A DNA stretch of 64,000 bases, taken from positions 1,120,001 to 1,184,000 of the forward strand of contig CAWFFU010000003.1 in NCBI GenBank assembly GCA_963815215.1, in the 5' to 3' direction. The notes beneath the pieces were generated by a model. The model had not been told where the DNA came from, searched no databases, and saw nothing but the letters and a program-made list of their open reading frames with translations. Origin of the DNA: an uncultured Trueperaceae bacterium (GTDB taxonomy: Bacteria > Deinococcota > Deinococci > Deinococcales > Trueperaceae). The translations under genes were made by a program, and so were the position numbers. Each line of letters starts with the position of its first letter. Positions within the stretch are counted from its first letter, which is position 1. This document shows positions 18,948 through 28,751 of this stretch, piece after piece.

Positions 18948-19129
18948 CCCTATCGTGGCGCTGCACCGACCGCCCCCGTGCAGACGGCTGCCCGAACACT
19001 TGCGAAGCGTCGCCGACGCTATCCTCGAGCCAGCCCGCGGGGCGGCGCATCACGTCGCAGGGCCCGAACGCTGTCACGGGCATCCGGAGCGGCGGGGGAC
19101 CGAACCGATGCAACGGGAAGAGGTGAGCC

Positions 19130-20050
19130 ATGGCGCACGCTGTCCGCTTCAACGAATACGGAGGGATCGACGTCTTGCAGGTGGTGGAGGTGGAGCGCCG
19201 GCCGCCGCCCCCAGGCAGGGTGCTGGTACGTGTGAGGGCGGCTGGCATCAACCCCGGTGAGGCCGCCATCCGCCAGGGCCGCATGGCGCACCGTTTCCCA
19301 GCGACCTTCCCGTCCGGCGAGGGCAGCGACCTCGCAGGCGTCGTCGAGGAGGTCGGCGAGGGTGTCGACGCCTTCGCGGTGGGGGACGAGGTTCTCGGCT
19401 TCAGCCACGATCGCTCGAGCCACGCCGAGTTGGTGGCCGCCGAGGCCGAGAAGCTCGTGCCCAAACCGCCCGAGGTGTCCTGGGAGGCCGCCGGGGCGCT
19501 CTTCGTGGCGGGCACGACCGCCTACGCGGCCGTCCGCGCCGTGGACCTGCACCCCGGCGACACCGTTGTCGTATCGGCCGCCGCCGGCGGGGTCGGCACG
19601 CTCGCCGTCCAACTCGCACGCCAGGCCGGCGCGAAGGTGATCGCGCTGGCCAGCCCGCCCCATCACGCATGGCTGGCCGAGCACGGCGCGCTGCCGGTGA
19701 CCTACGGCGACGGCGTGGCGAACCGCATCCGTGAGGCGGCCGGCGGCCGGGTCGATGCCTTCATCGACGCCTACGGGGCGGACTACGTGGACCTCGCCCT
19801 CGAACTCGGCGTGGCGCCGGAACGCATCGACACCATCGCCAACTTCGCGGCCGGGGAGAAGTACGGCGTCAAGACCGAGGGCACGGCGCGCGCCGCCAGC
19901 GCCGAGGTGCTCGGTGAGCTGGCCGCCATGATCGCCGCGGGCGACCTCGAGGTGCCGATCGCGCGGGTCTACCCCCTCGACGAGGTCCGCGACGCCTACC
20001 GCGAGCTGGAGCACCGTCACACGCTGGGCAAGATCGTCCTGCGGCCCTGA
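19130..20050 (+). CDS. NADP-dependent oxidoreductase (MDR / quinone reductase-like)
   Basis: AAGINPGE, GSDLAGVV, AAAGGVG, GKIVL. Confidence 0.92.
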   Translation: MAHAVRFNEYGGIDVLQVVEVERRPPPPGRVLVRVRAAGINPGEAAIRQGRMAHRFPATFPSGEGSDLAGVVEEVGEGVDAFAVGDEVLGFSHDRSSHAELVAAEAEKLVPKPPEVSWEAAGALFVAGTTAYAAVRAVDLHPGDTVVVSAAAGGVGTLAVQLARQAGAKVIALASPPHHAWLAEHGALPVTYGDGVANRIREAAGGRVDAFIDAYGADYVDLALELGVAPERIDTIANFAAGEKYGVKTEGTARAASAEVLGELAAMIAAGDLEVPIARVYPLDEVRDAYRELEHRHTLGKIVLRP

Positions 20051-20099
20051 AGCCGGGCACACCCGGGCGGGCCTGCGCGATCGAGTGCGCGCGCCGGCC

Positions 20100-20417
20100 T
20101 CAGCGCCGCCGCCGCCGCGATCCCGCGAAGATGCCGCCCGTGAACCCACCGATGCCGAGCATGAATCCGAAGTCGTACCAGCGGCCGACGTTCGGGTAGG
20201 CGTAGATGCGCACGCCGTCTACGAACAGGCTCACCACGAAGGTGATCGGCGCGATGATGCCCTGCCACAACCCCAGCCAGAAGCCGGGCATTCCGGGGCC
20301 AACCGCAGGCGCAGGCTGCGAGGCGGCGCACCCCGCCAGGACCAGCGCCAGCAGCACCGGCGCCACGAGCAGCAGCGCTCTTCGCGTCACCCGGACCCTG
20401 CCGATTCCATCGTGCAT
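20100..20417 (-). CDS. Small conserved membrane lipoprotein
   Basis: LAGC lipobox, GFWLGLWQGIIAP, YDFGFMLG; alternative GTG start at 20390. Confidence 0.8.
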   Translation of the reverse strand: MHDGIGRVRVTRRALLLVAPVLLALVLAGCAASQPAPAVGPGMPGFWLGLWQGIIAPITFVVSLFVDGVRIYAYPNVGRWYDFGFMLGIGGFTGGIFAGSRRRRR

Positions 20418-20483
20418 CGTTCCCGCCCCTCTGGGCCCGTCGCCAGGGTCTCGTTGCTGCCGCTCGCGGACGGGCCCGGACCG

Positions 20484-20526
20484 ATGCTAGGGAGTGACCG
20501 GCGCCCAGGCAAGAGCAGAAGGTCCC
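20484..20526 (-). promoter_or_regulatory. Promoter with DosR/NarL-like box
   Basis: Minus strand GGGACCTTCTGCTC-TTGCCT-17-TAGCAT. Confidence 0.65.
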
Positions 20527-20623
20527 CCGCAGGCTCAGGACGACGTATCAGGCGACGTCTCGGGCGACCGCAGGCCCTGCCGCTCCTCGCCGGGGGCCGG
20601 CTGTGAGGAGCCGGCGCCCGGCG

Positions 20624-21883
20624 TCACAACGCGAGCCCGACGCTCACCACCCCGAAGGCCGTGGTGAGCAGCAGCACGGCGGCGACGGTCAACGCCGGGA
20701 TCCCGCGCAAGCGGTGCTCCGCCGGCAGGGCGCGGCGCGCCAGCAGGAACAGGAAGCCCAGCACGACCGGCAGCAGCATGGCGTTCATGACCTGGACGCC
20801 GATGCTGAGTCGCACCAGGTTCACGCCGGACAGCACCACGGCGGCGCTGCCGACGATGGCGACCAGGTAGATGCCATAGAACCAGGGCGCCTCGCCGGCG
20901 GAGTGCGCCAGCGAGTGACGGTAGCCGGCGACCTCGCCCAGTCCCCAGGCGACGGCCAGCGACACCACCAGCGCGGCCACCAGCGACGCGCCGAGCATGC
21001 CGAGCGCGAACAGCGCCGCGCCGTAGGTCGGACCGAGCAGCGGCGTCAGCGCGCTGGCGATCTCCGGCACGGTCCCCAGGGCCGATCCCGCCGCGGCGCC
21101 GCCCGCGTGGAGGGTGGCGGCGGTACTCACCAGCACCGCAGCCATGATGACCTGCGTGAGCACAGCCCCGACGGCGGTGTCGATGCGGGCCGCAGGCAGG
21201 TCCTTCGCGGTGAGCCCCTTCTCCACGACCGCCGACTGCTGATAGAAGATCATCCAGGGCATGATGACGGCGCCGATATTGGCGGCGATGAGGTAGAGGT
21301 AGGGGCCGTGGCTCCACGGCAGATGCTGCAGATCGCTCAGGAACAGGCTCGGCGACGGGTGCGCGTGCCAGGCCACCACCACGTACAGGAACTCCAGGCT
21401 GCCGACGGCGCCGGCGACGAGCTCGACCCGCCGGTAACCGCCGCGCGCCGCGATGATCGCCAACCCGGCCACGGCGGTGCCGACGCTGAGGTAGGGGGGA
21501 ACGCCGAACACCTCGCCGGCGCCGGCCACGCCCACGAACTCGGTGCACAGAGCGCCCACGCCGGCGAGGGCCAGCGTCCCGACCGAGAACCACGCCCAGC
21601 GCTTGCCGAAGTAGCGGCGGATTAGCTCGCCGTGCCCCTGGCCGGTGACGGCGCCTAGACGCACCGTCAGCTCCTGGACGACGAACAGGATGGGCACGAG
21701 GGCGACCTGCAGCCACAACAGGTCGTACCCCCAGGCCGCGCCGGACTGCGCTGCGGTCACGATGCTGCCCGCATCGGTGTCCGCCAGCATGACCACCAGC
21801 CCGGGACCCATGACGGCCAGCACCAACGCCAGGCGTCCCGGCCGGGCGCGGCGGCGCCCGGCCGGCGGCGGTGTCAGCGCCAC
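20624..21883 (-). CDS. NRAMP-related divalent metal transporter
   Basis: GPGLVVMLADTDAGS, QELTVRLGAVTG, IGAVIMPWMIFYQQS; start uncertain (GTG 21883). Confidence 0.88.
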   Translation of the reverse strand: MALTPPPAGRRRARPGRLALVLAVMGPGLVVMLADTDAGSIVTAAQSGAAWGYDLLWLQVALVPILFVVQELTVRLGAVTGQGHGELIRRYFGKRWAWFSVGTLALAGVGALCTEFVGVAGAGEVFGVPPYLSVGTAVAGLAIIAARGGYRRVELVAGAVGSLEFLYVVVAWHAHPSPSLFLSDLQHLPWSHGPYLYLIAANIGAVIMPWMIFYQQSAVVEKGLTAKDLPAARIDTAVGAVLTQVIMAAVLVSTAATLHAGGAAAGSALGTVPEIASALTPLLGPTYGAALFALGMLGASLVAALVVSLAVAWGLGEVAGYRHSLAHSAGEAPWFYGIYLVAIVGSAAVVLSGVNLVRLSIGVQVMNAMLLPVVLGFLFLLARRALPAEHRLRGIPALTVAAVLLLTTAFGVVSVGLAL

Positions 21884-21896
21884 GACGGGCCCCCGA

Positions 21897-21944
21897 TGCA
21901 GCCCCCACTGCGATCCCCACTGCGATCCACGCTGCGATCCAGGC
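21897..21944. repeat. 12-bp degenerate tandem repeat x4
   Basis: tgcagcccccac / tgcgatccccac / tgcgatccacgc / tgcgatccaggc. Confidence 0.85.
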
Positions 21945-22067
21945 TGTGGCCTGCGCGGTCGGCCCGCCGCGTGCGGCGCGGGGAATTCAATCCCGACCGC
22001 GAGGCTCGGATATCCACGGCCCGAGCACACCACGCCTGTCCTGGCCGCCGCAGAGTCGAATGTCCCG

Positions 22068-24344
22068 CTAGTGTCCCGCGGCGGCGGAGCCGGTGCTCGC
22101 CGGAACCGTGGACGCCGAACCAGCACTCGTCGGGACCGAGGACGCCGACGCGGCTCCGGCCGGGAAGAGCTGTCCGACGTTCTTCGGATCGACCGAGATC
22201 ACCCGGATCCGGTCGGGCGGCGTGGCCGCGGTGGCACGAAGTCCGGTAGAGGTGTCGATGGCGACACGCAACCCACCACCGCCCAGCAGTGAACGACCCT
22301 TCAGTACCGAGCCGGCCTCGAACGCGGCCTTGGTGCCCGCCGGATCCGGAGCGCCCGTCTTCAGGTCGATCCGGTGGAAGACGATGCCCGCCGGCACCGG
22401 GAAGCCGTTCGGATCCGTGGAGTGCCCCTGCAGCGCCCCCTGCACGAACCGGTTGAAGGCGTAGATGGGCTGCTGCGAGCTGGTCACCAGATGCTGGCTG
22501 CCGTCGGCGTACACCATGTGCCTGGGCATAGGCGCGTTGTCATCGTTGCCGATCCATACCGCCGTGACCAGGCCGGGCGTGAGACCGACGAACCAGATGT
22601 CGCGCTCGCTGTCCGTGGTGCCGGTCTTGCCCGCGATCCAGCGCCCCGACGCCTGCGCGCGCCACGACAGGGCCCAGTACGGCCGCCTGTCCTTGACGGT
22701 GCCGTGCATCATGTCGAGCACGATGTAGGCCGTTTGCGGGCTCCACACCCGTGTACGACGCGGGTGAGCCTGATAGAGAACGTCGCCGCGCGCGTCGACC
22801 ACCTTCCGCACGAAGTACGGCACGGTGTACACGCCACCGTTGGCGAAGGCGGCGATCGCCGCGGCATGCTGCATGGGCGTGACCACGAAGCTGCCGAGCG
22901 CCATGCCCAGGTAGGGCTTGACGTCGTAGCCCAGCAGCCGCGCCTTGGCCGCCACGGCCTGCGGGGAGGCTTCCTGAAGCGCCTTCACCGCCGGGATGTT
23001 GCGGCTGCGGTCGAGCGCCAGCCGCGCGGTCTCGTACCCTTCGTAAGCGTTGTCCCACTCCTTGGGCCGGTAGTCGGGCTTGCCGTTGACCTTGAAGGTG
23101 GTGGGATCGTCGACCAGGATGCTCGCTTCGTTCAGGGCGCCCTCCTGGATGCCGGTGGCGTAGACGATGGGCTTGAACGACGAGCCGGGCTGACGGTAGG
23201 CCTGGAGGGCGCGGTTGAAGTCCTGCGGCCTGCGATCGCCGCCCAGCTTCTGCCCCACCATCGCCAGCACCCCGCCGCTCTTGGGGTCGATGCCCACGAT
23301 GGCCATCTGCGCTCCCTTGGGCACCTGAGTATCACGGCTGGCCGCCATCGCCGCCTTCTGAGCCTGGACGTCGATGGTGGTGTAGACACTCAATCCCCCG
23401 CTGCCGAACACCACGCTGTCGCCGTAGCGCTTCACCAGCCAGTTGCGGACCGCCAGCATGACGCCGCGGGACAGACTGGTGTCGATACTCGAGGCCACCT
23501 GTACGGCGGACCCGGTGCGCGTCGCCTTCACGATGTTGCCGTGGCCGTCGTAGGTGACGGCCCATCCCCGGGGCTCGAGCCGGTAGTTCCACGCCTGTCG
23601 CGCGTCCGCCGCCGAGATCGATCCCCGGCGCACCATCTTGTCGAGCACCACCCTCATCCCGTGCCGGGCTGCGGCGAAGTCGCCGTGCATGGCGTTGGGC
23701 GCGGGCACCAGCACCGCCAGGTAGAGCCCCTGCGCCAGATTGAGCTGGATCGGGTCGAGCCCGAAGTAGGCCTGCGACGCCGCCCGGATGCCGTAGACGT
23801 TGCCGCCCCAGAACACCACGTTGACGTAGCGCTGCAGGATCTCCTTCTTGGTCAGGCGTTGCTCCAGCTCGATCGCCAGCAGGAACTCCTTCACCTTGCG
23901 GTTCAGCGAGCGCTCGTCGGCGATGTCGCGAAGCACGGTGTTCTTGACCAGCTCGGTGGTGATGGTCGAGCCGCCACGTCGTGACCGGCCGACGAGCACC
24001 TGGTAGACGGCCTTGGCGATGCCCGAAGGGCTGAAACCGTACTCGCGGAAGAACTGATCGTCCTCGGAAGCCACCAGCGCCTCCAGCGCCGCGGGGGACA
24101 CCTGGCTCAGGGTCACGGGGATACGGTTGGTGGGCTCCTTGTTCTTGCCGATCGCGGGCACCAGCGTGCCGATCGAGGTGCCGTCACGGGCGTACACGGT
24201 GGAGTCCGAGGTGTACTGGAGTGCCTCCACCGGCGCCAGCGACGGCAGGTTCTGCGCCCAGTGCAGCGCCGACGACCCCAACAGGGCCGCCAGGGACAGC
24301 ACCGCCGTGAGCGCGAGCAGCAGCAGGCCCTGCACGATCTTCAC
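22068..24344 (-). CDS. Class A penicillin-binding protein (transglycosylase/transpeptidase)
   Basis: SEDDQF, GGSTITTELVKN, RKVKE; SSFK, SRN, KTGT; TAGCAT -10 lies 7 nt before GTG 24344 (alternative ATG 24353). Confidence 0.95.
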   Translation of the reverse strand: MKIVQGLLLLALTAVLSLAALLGSSALHWAQNLPSLAPVEALQYTSDSTVYARDGTSIGTLVPAIGKNKEPTNRIPVTLSQVSPAALEALVASEDDQFFREYGFSPSGIAKAVYQVLVGRSRRGGSTITTELVKNTVLRDIADERSLNRKVKEFLLAIELEQRLTKKEILQRYVNVVFWGGNVYGIRAASQAYFGLDPIQLNLAQGLYLAVLVPAPNAMHGDFAAARHGMRVVLDKMVRRGSISAADARQAWNYRLEPRGWAVTYDGHGNIVKATRTGSAVQVASSIDTSLSRGVMLAVRNWLVKRYGDSVVFGSGGLSVYTTIDVQAQKAAMAASRDTQVPKGAQMAIVGIDPKSGGVLAMVGQKLGGDRRPQDFNRALQAYRQPGSSFKPIVYATGIQEGALNEASILVDDPTTFKVNGKPDYRPKEWDNAYEGYETARLALDRSRNIPAVKALQEASPQAVAAKARLLGYDVKPYLGMALGSFVVTPMQHAAAIAAFANGGVYTVPYFVRKVVDARGDVLYQAHPRRTRVWSPQTAYIVLDMMHGTVKDRRPYWALSWRAQASGRWIAGKTGTTDSERDIWFVGLTPGLVTAVWIGNDDNAPMPRHMVYADGSQHLVTSSQQPIYAFNRFVQGALQGHSTDPNGFPVPAGIVFHRIDLKTGAPDPAGTKAAFEAGSVLKGRSLLGGGGLRVAIDTSTGLRATAATPPDRIRVISVDPKNVGQLFPAGAASASSVPTSAGSASTVPASTGSAAAGH

Positions 24345-24652
24345 GGGCACCATGCTAAGGGAAGGGGATGAGCCGGGATTAGGAAGATCGCGATGATCGA
24401 CCCGTGTCTGCGCGTCGAGGGCGGTCGCGCAAGCGGTCTGTCACGGCCCCGACGGCGCTTCCGTGCTGTACTGGTGTCACGACGTGCGCGGCGTCCGCTT
24501 CGGTACCGGGTCTCCCCATCCTCCCCAACACTGTTGACCGAGCCCGGTTGAACCGACCCGACGTCCGAGAGGAACGGGGGCATGGCGCGCCAGCGATGCG
24601 CAGGGATCGATCGATCGGCTGACCGGGTCGGATCCGAGACCGGGCCAGCACC

Positions 24653-27600
24653 GTGAGTACCGACGCGGTGCGCGTTAGCACACGCGCCATCGAGCGCTTC
24701 TTCCAGCTGTCGGGGGACCTCTTCGCAATCGTCGACTTCGCTGGGGTGGTGCGCTACGCGAACCCGGCTTGGACGCAGATACTGGGCTATCCTCCGGAGG
24801 AGGTCGTCGACCGGCACCTCGGGTCGTTCCTCGACCGAGAGGATTGGACGCGCACCGAAGAAGCGTCCCGTACGGCGATCGACGCGGGCGCCCTGCACGG
24901 GTTCGAGAACCGCTTCCGCCACCGCGACGGCAGCACCCGTTGGATCCAGTGGAACATCCAGGTCGACAACGACGAGCGGCTGGCGTACGGCATCGGCCGG
25001 GACACCACCTCCCGCAAGGCCACCGAAGCCGCCCTCGCCGAGTCCGAGGCGACCTATCGCGCCCTGTTCGACTCGAGCCTCGACGGCATCATGCTCGCCG
25101 ATCCCGACGGCCACGCACGGATGGCCAACCCCGCCATGCGCGCCATGATCGGCTGGCCCCTCGACGCCAACGAGCTGTGGCACCGCCACGACGTCGTCGA
25201 TCCCGACGACCCCAAGGTGGCGGCCTTCCTCTCGGAACGCGCCCGGACCGGGCACGTGATCCGCGAGCTGCTCCTCAAGCGCCGTGACGGCAGCCGCTTC
25301 GCCGCCGAGATCTCCGCCTCGACCTACATCGACGCTTCGGGGCGCGAGCGCACCAGCATCGTGGTCCGCGACGTCAGCGAGCACCACCGCTTGAAGGGTG
25401 CGCTGGGAGCGGCCGCCGAGCGCGTGACGCTGCAGGGGGCCGCCATGGAAGCAGCGGCCAACGCCATCGTGATCACCGATCGTTCCGGCACCATCGAGTG
25501 GGTCAACTCGGCCTTCACGGCCATCACCGGCTATACGAGCTCCGAAGCCGTAGGCCAGAATCCCCGGCTGCTCCGGTCGGGAAAGCACCCGCCGGGGTAC
25601 TACCGGGACCTGTGGGACACCATCTCGGCGGGTCACGTTTGGCGCGGGGAACTGGTGAACCGGCGCAAGGACGGCACCCTCTATCCCGAGGAGCAGACGA
25701 TCACGCCCGTCCTGGAGGACGGCGCTATCCACCACTTCATCGCCGTCAAGCAGGACGTCAGCGAGCGCCGACGCGCCGAGCGGGAGCTGCGCGAGAGCGA
25801 AGCCACCTTCCGGCAGCTGTTCCATGCCAATCCACTGCCGATGTTCGTGTGTGACGTCGACTCCTTCGCCTTCCTGGCGGTCAATGAAACGGCCTTGCGG
25901 CACTACGGCTATGCCGAGGACGAGTTCCTGGCGATGACCCTCCGCGATCTGCTCGCAGCAGACAATCCCGCAGCAGACGATCCCGCAGCGGACGATCCGG
26001 CAGGGTCCGGCCCCGGACCGGGTGGGGCCGACGGGCCGATCGCCTCCACGGGGACCTGGCGCCACGTCCGGAAGGACGGCAGCCTCATCGACGTCGAGCT
26101 GGCGGGCCACCCCCTGCCGTACGGCGACCGCCGCGCCGTGCTGGTGGTGGTCCAGGACGTCACCCGCCAACTGCAGGCCCAGGACGCGCTGAGAGCAGCG
26201 AGGAGCACTACCGCATGCTGGCGGAGAACGCGACGGACGTCGTGAGCCGGGTCAGGCTGCGTCCGAGTCTGAGCTTCGAGTACATCAGCCCGTCGGTCGT
26301 GGACCTCATCGGCTACACCCCCGAGGAGCACTACACGAACCCCGACATCTTCTTCACCACCATGCATCCCGACGACCGGGGTTTCCTCGATGCGATGAAC
26401 AGCGACCCCGGCCCGACGCTTTCGATCGTCCGCTTGTTCCACAAGGACGGGCATCTCGTGTATGTCGAGCAACACAGCCGACCCATCTTCTCCCGCGACG
26501 GCGCCCTGGAGGCCGTCGAGGGTATCCTGCGGGACGTCACCGATCGCGTGAAGGCCGACCAGCGGGCCACCGATCTCTACAATCCGGCTCGAGCGGCAAC
26601 TGAGCCGCGCCAAGGCGATCCACCGTGTCGACGCCGCCATCCTCTACGACTCAACCCTCGCCAGCATCCTCGCCGCCGCCCTCGACGAGATGACCGAGGC
26701 GCTGGACATCGACGCCGCGGCCGTGTTCCGCTTCGACCCCTCCCGCCGCGCCCTGCACATGCTGGCGGGCCGTGGCATGCCGGAGCACACCGCCGTCATC
26801 CCCCTCGGCCGCGGGCTGGCCGGGAGGGCGGCCCGAACGCGCGCCGCGGCATCCGTCCTCGACGCCGACGCGCCCGGAGCCAAGGGCGTGCAGTACGTCA
26901 AGCGCTTCGGGTTCCGTGGCTGCTTCGCCGTTCCGCTCATCAGCGCGGGTAGGCTCGAAGGTGCGATCGAGCTGTTCACGCGTGCTCCCCTGCACCTCGA
27001 CGATGACGCCCACGTGTTCACCGAGGCGCTGTCCAACCAGATCGCGCTCGCCATCCAACGCGACGACCTCATGAGCGACCTCTACGACGCCAACGCCGAG
27101 CTGGAGGACGCCTACGACCGGACGATCGAAGGCTGGGCGTTGGCGCTCGACCTCCGGGACGAGGACACCGCCGGCCACAGCCAGCGCGTGACGGCGATGG
27201 CGCTGGACCTGGCCGCCAGACTGGGCGTACCGGAAGCCGACCGGCCGCACCTGCGGCGCGGAGCGCTGCTCCACGACATCGGCAAGATGGCGGTGCCCGA
27301 CGCCATCCTCCTCAAGCCCGGCCGGCTCACGCCGGAGGAGTTCGCGGTCGTGAAGCTGCATCCCGGAAACGCCTACGACATGCTCAAGGGCATCCACTAC
27401 CTGCAACCGGCGCTCGCCATCCCCCGCTATCACCACGAGCGCTGGGACGGCGGCGGCTACCCCGAGGGGCTCTCCGGCGAAGCCATCCCGCTGGAAGCAA
27501 GGATCTTCGCGGTCGTCGACGTCTACGACGCACTCACCAGCGACCGGCCCTATCGCGCGGCCTGGAGCCCGATGGCGGCGCTCGCCCACATCGAGGAGGG

Positions 27601-27670
27601 TGCGGGCGCGCATTTCGACCCGCAGGTCGTCCGGGCGTTCGTAGCCATGGTTATGGGGCGCGAGACCTAG
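24653..27670 (+). pseudogene. PAS x5 - GAF - HD-GYP cyclic-dinucleotide phosphodiesterase with two frameshifts (pseudogene or sequence error)
   Basis: Three ORFs (24653-26245, 26215-26952, 26690-27670) join into one protein if a base is added near 26196 and removed near 26584; LLHDIGK and HHERWDGGGYP are intact. Confidence 0.8.
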
Positions 27671-28572
27671 CGCACACGGAACAGCGGACGGTACACGCCG
27701 ACGGCGATCGCCAGCCCAACAGCCGCGAACAGACCGAAGGCCACCACGTTCCCGATCGCCGCCTCGGGGTCTCCGGTCACTTGCATCACGATCGCCATGC
27801 CGGCGACGGCAGAGCCGAGGCAGGCGATCCAGCTCACGACGGCGACCATCGCCTTGTGCGCCCAGCCCCGCTCCTGAAGCAGCCCGACGGCGACCGCCAC
27901 GAGCACCGGGACGACCACGCCCAGGTCCATGAACTTCACCAGCCAGAACACCGCAGGGTCCGCCAGACTCGCGGTCCCCGGCGGCTGCGCCCCGAACGAA
28001 GCGATGAGTCCGGGCAGATGCAGACCGATGGCCAGGAACGCGGCGATCACCAGCACGAAGCCCGCCACGAAGCGCGTGAAGCGGTGCGAGAGGGGCGGCA
28101 GCCGTGCGCCGTCGAGGCCCGTCCAGGCGCGCACCAGGAGCGCCCCGGCGAGCACGAACAAGGCGAGGAACAGCAGGAAGAAGCGCTCACTGTTGCCCGG
28201 GTAGCGCACGAAGTCCCCGCCCAGAGCGAGTTGGACTTCCGTGTACAGGACGTAAGCGGACGGCCCGAGCGCCAGCACCGGCCCCGCCGGGTTCCGCCGC
28301 AGCACCAGCACACCCGCGACGATCGCCGCCGGGGCCACGAGCAGCAGTCCTGCAACATCGCCGCCCAGGATCTGATTCACCGCCCCCTCCGACGCGTGAT
28401 AACGGATCGCACCCAGTCCCAGCGGTCCCAGCAGCGTCACCATTGCCGTGCCCAGTCCCAGGACGATCGCGCCGACCCCGAACGCGGATCCGCCGCCGCT
28501 GTCCGCTCTCGGGCGCCCACCCCCGCGGCCCCTCGCATCCGTCCGGTCTGTGTCCGTCCTCGTCGTCTCCAT
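27667..28572 (-). CDS. Hypothetical multi-pass membrane protein
   Basis: About 8 TM segments; ATG 28572 after GGAAGG; boxed promoter upstream. Confidence 0.8.
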   Translation of the reverse strand: METTRTDTDRTDARGRGGGRPRADSGGGSAFGVGAIVLGLGTAMVTLLGPLGLGAIRYHASEGAVNQILGGDVAGLLLVAPAAIVAGVLVLRRNPAGPVLALGPSAYVLYTEVQLALGGDFVRYPGNSERFFLLFLALFVLAGALLVRAWTGLDGARLPPLSHRFTRFVAGFVLVIAAFLAIGLHLPGLIASFGAQPPGTASLADPAVFWLVKFMDLGVVVPVLVAVAVGLLQERGWAHKAMVAVVSWIACLGSAVAGMAIVMQVTGDPEAAIGNVVAFGLFAAVGLAIAVGVYRPLFRVR

Positions 28573-28605
28573 CGGTACGTCCCACCTTCCAGTGGCTTCG
28601 CTGGC

Positions 28606-28648
28606 AGTGTGGGGGTGCACGCGAACCGTCCCAAGGGCCGAACGTCCC
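28606..28648 (-). promoter_or_regulatory. Promoter with DosR/NarL-like box
   Basis: Minus strand GGGACGTTCGGCCC-TTGGGA-17-CACACT. Confidence 0.65.
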
Positions 28649-28751
28649 GCGCCCCTGTTGGACGTGCCGCTACCGCTCACCGCCAACGACGTCCTCACCG
28701 GACGTGACGTGCTCGCGGCCTGGTTGCGGAACCTGGAGCCCTAGGCCGGCG

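Noticed and set aside
26190..26590. Programmed ribosomal frameshifting in the HD-GYP gene
   Set aside because: No slippery heptamer or homopolymer at either site.
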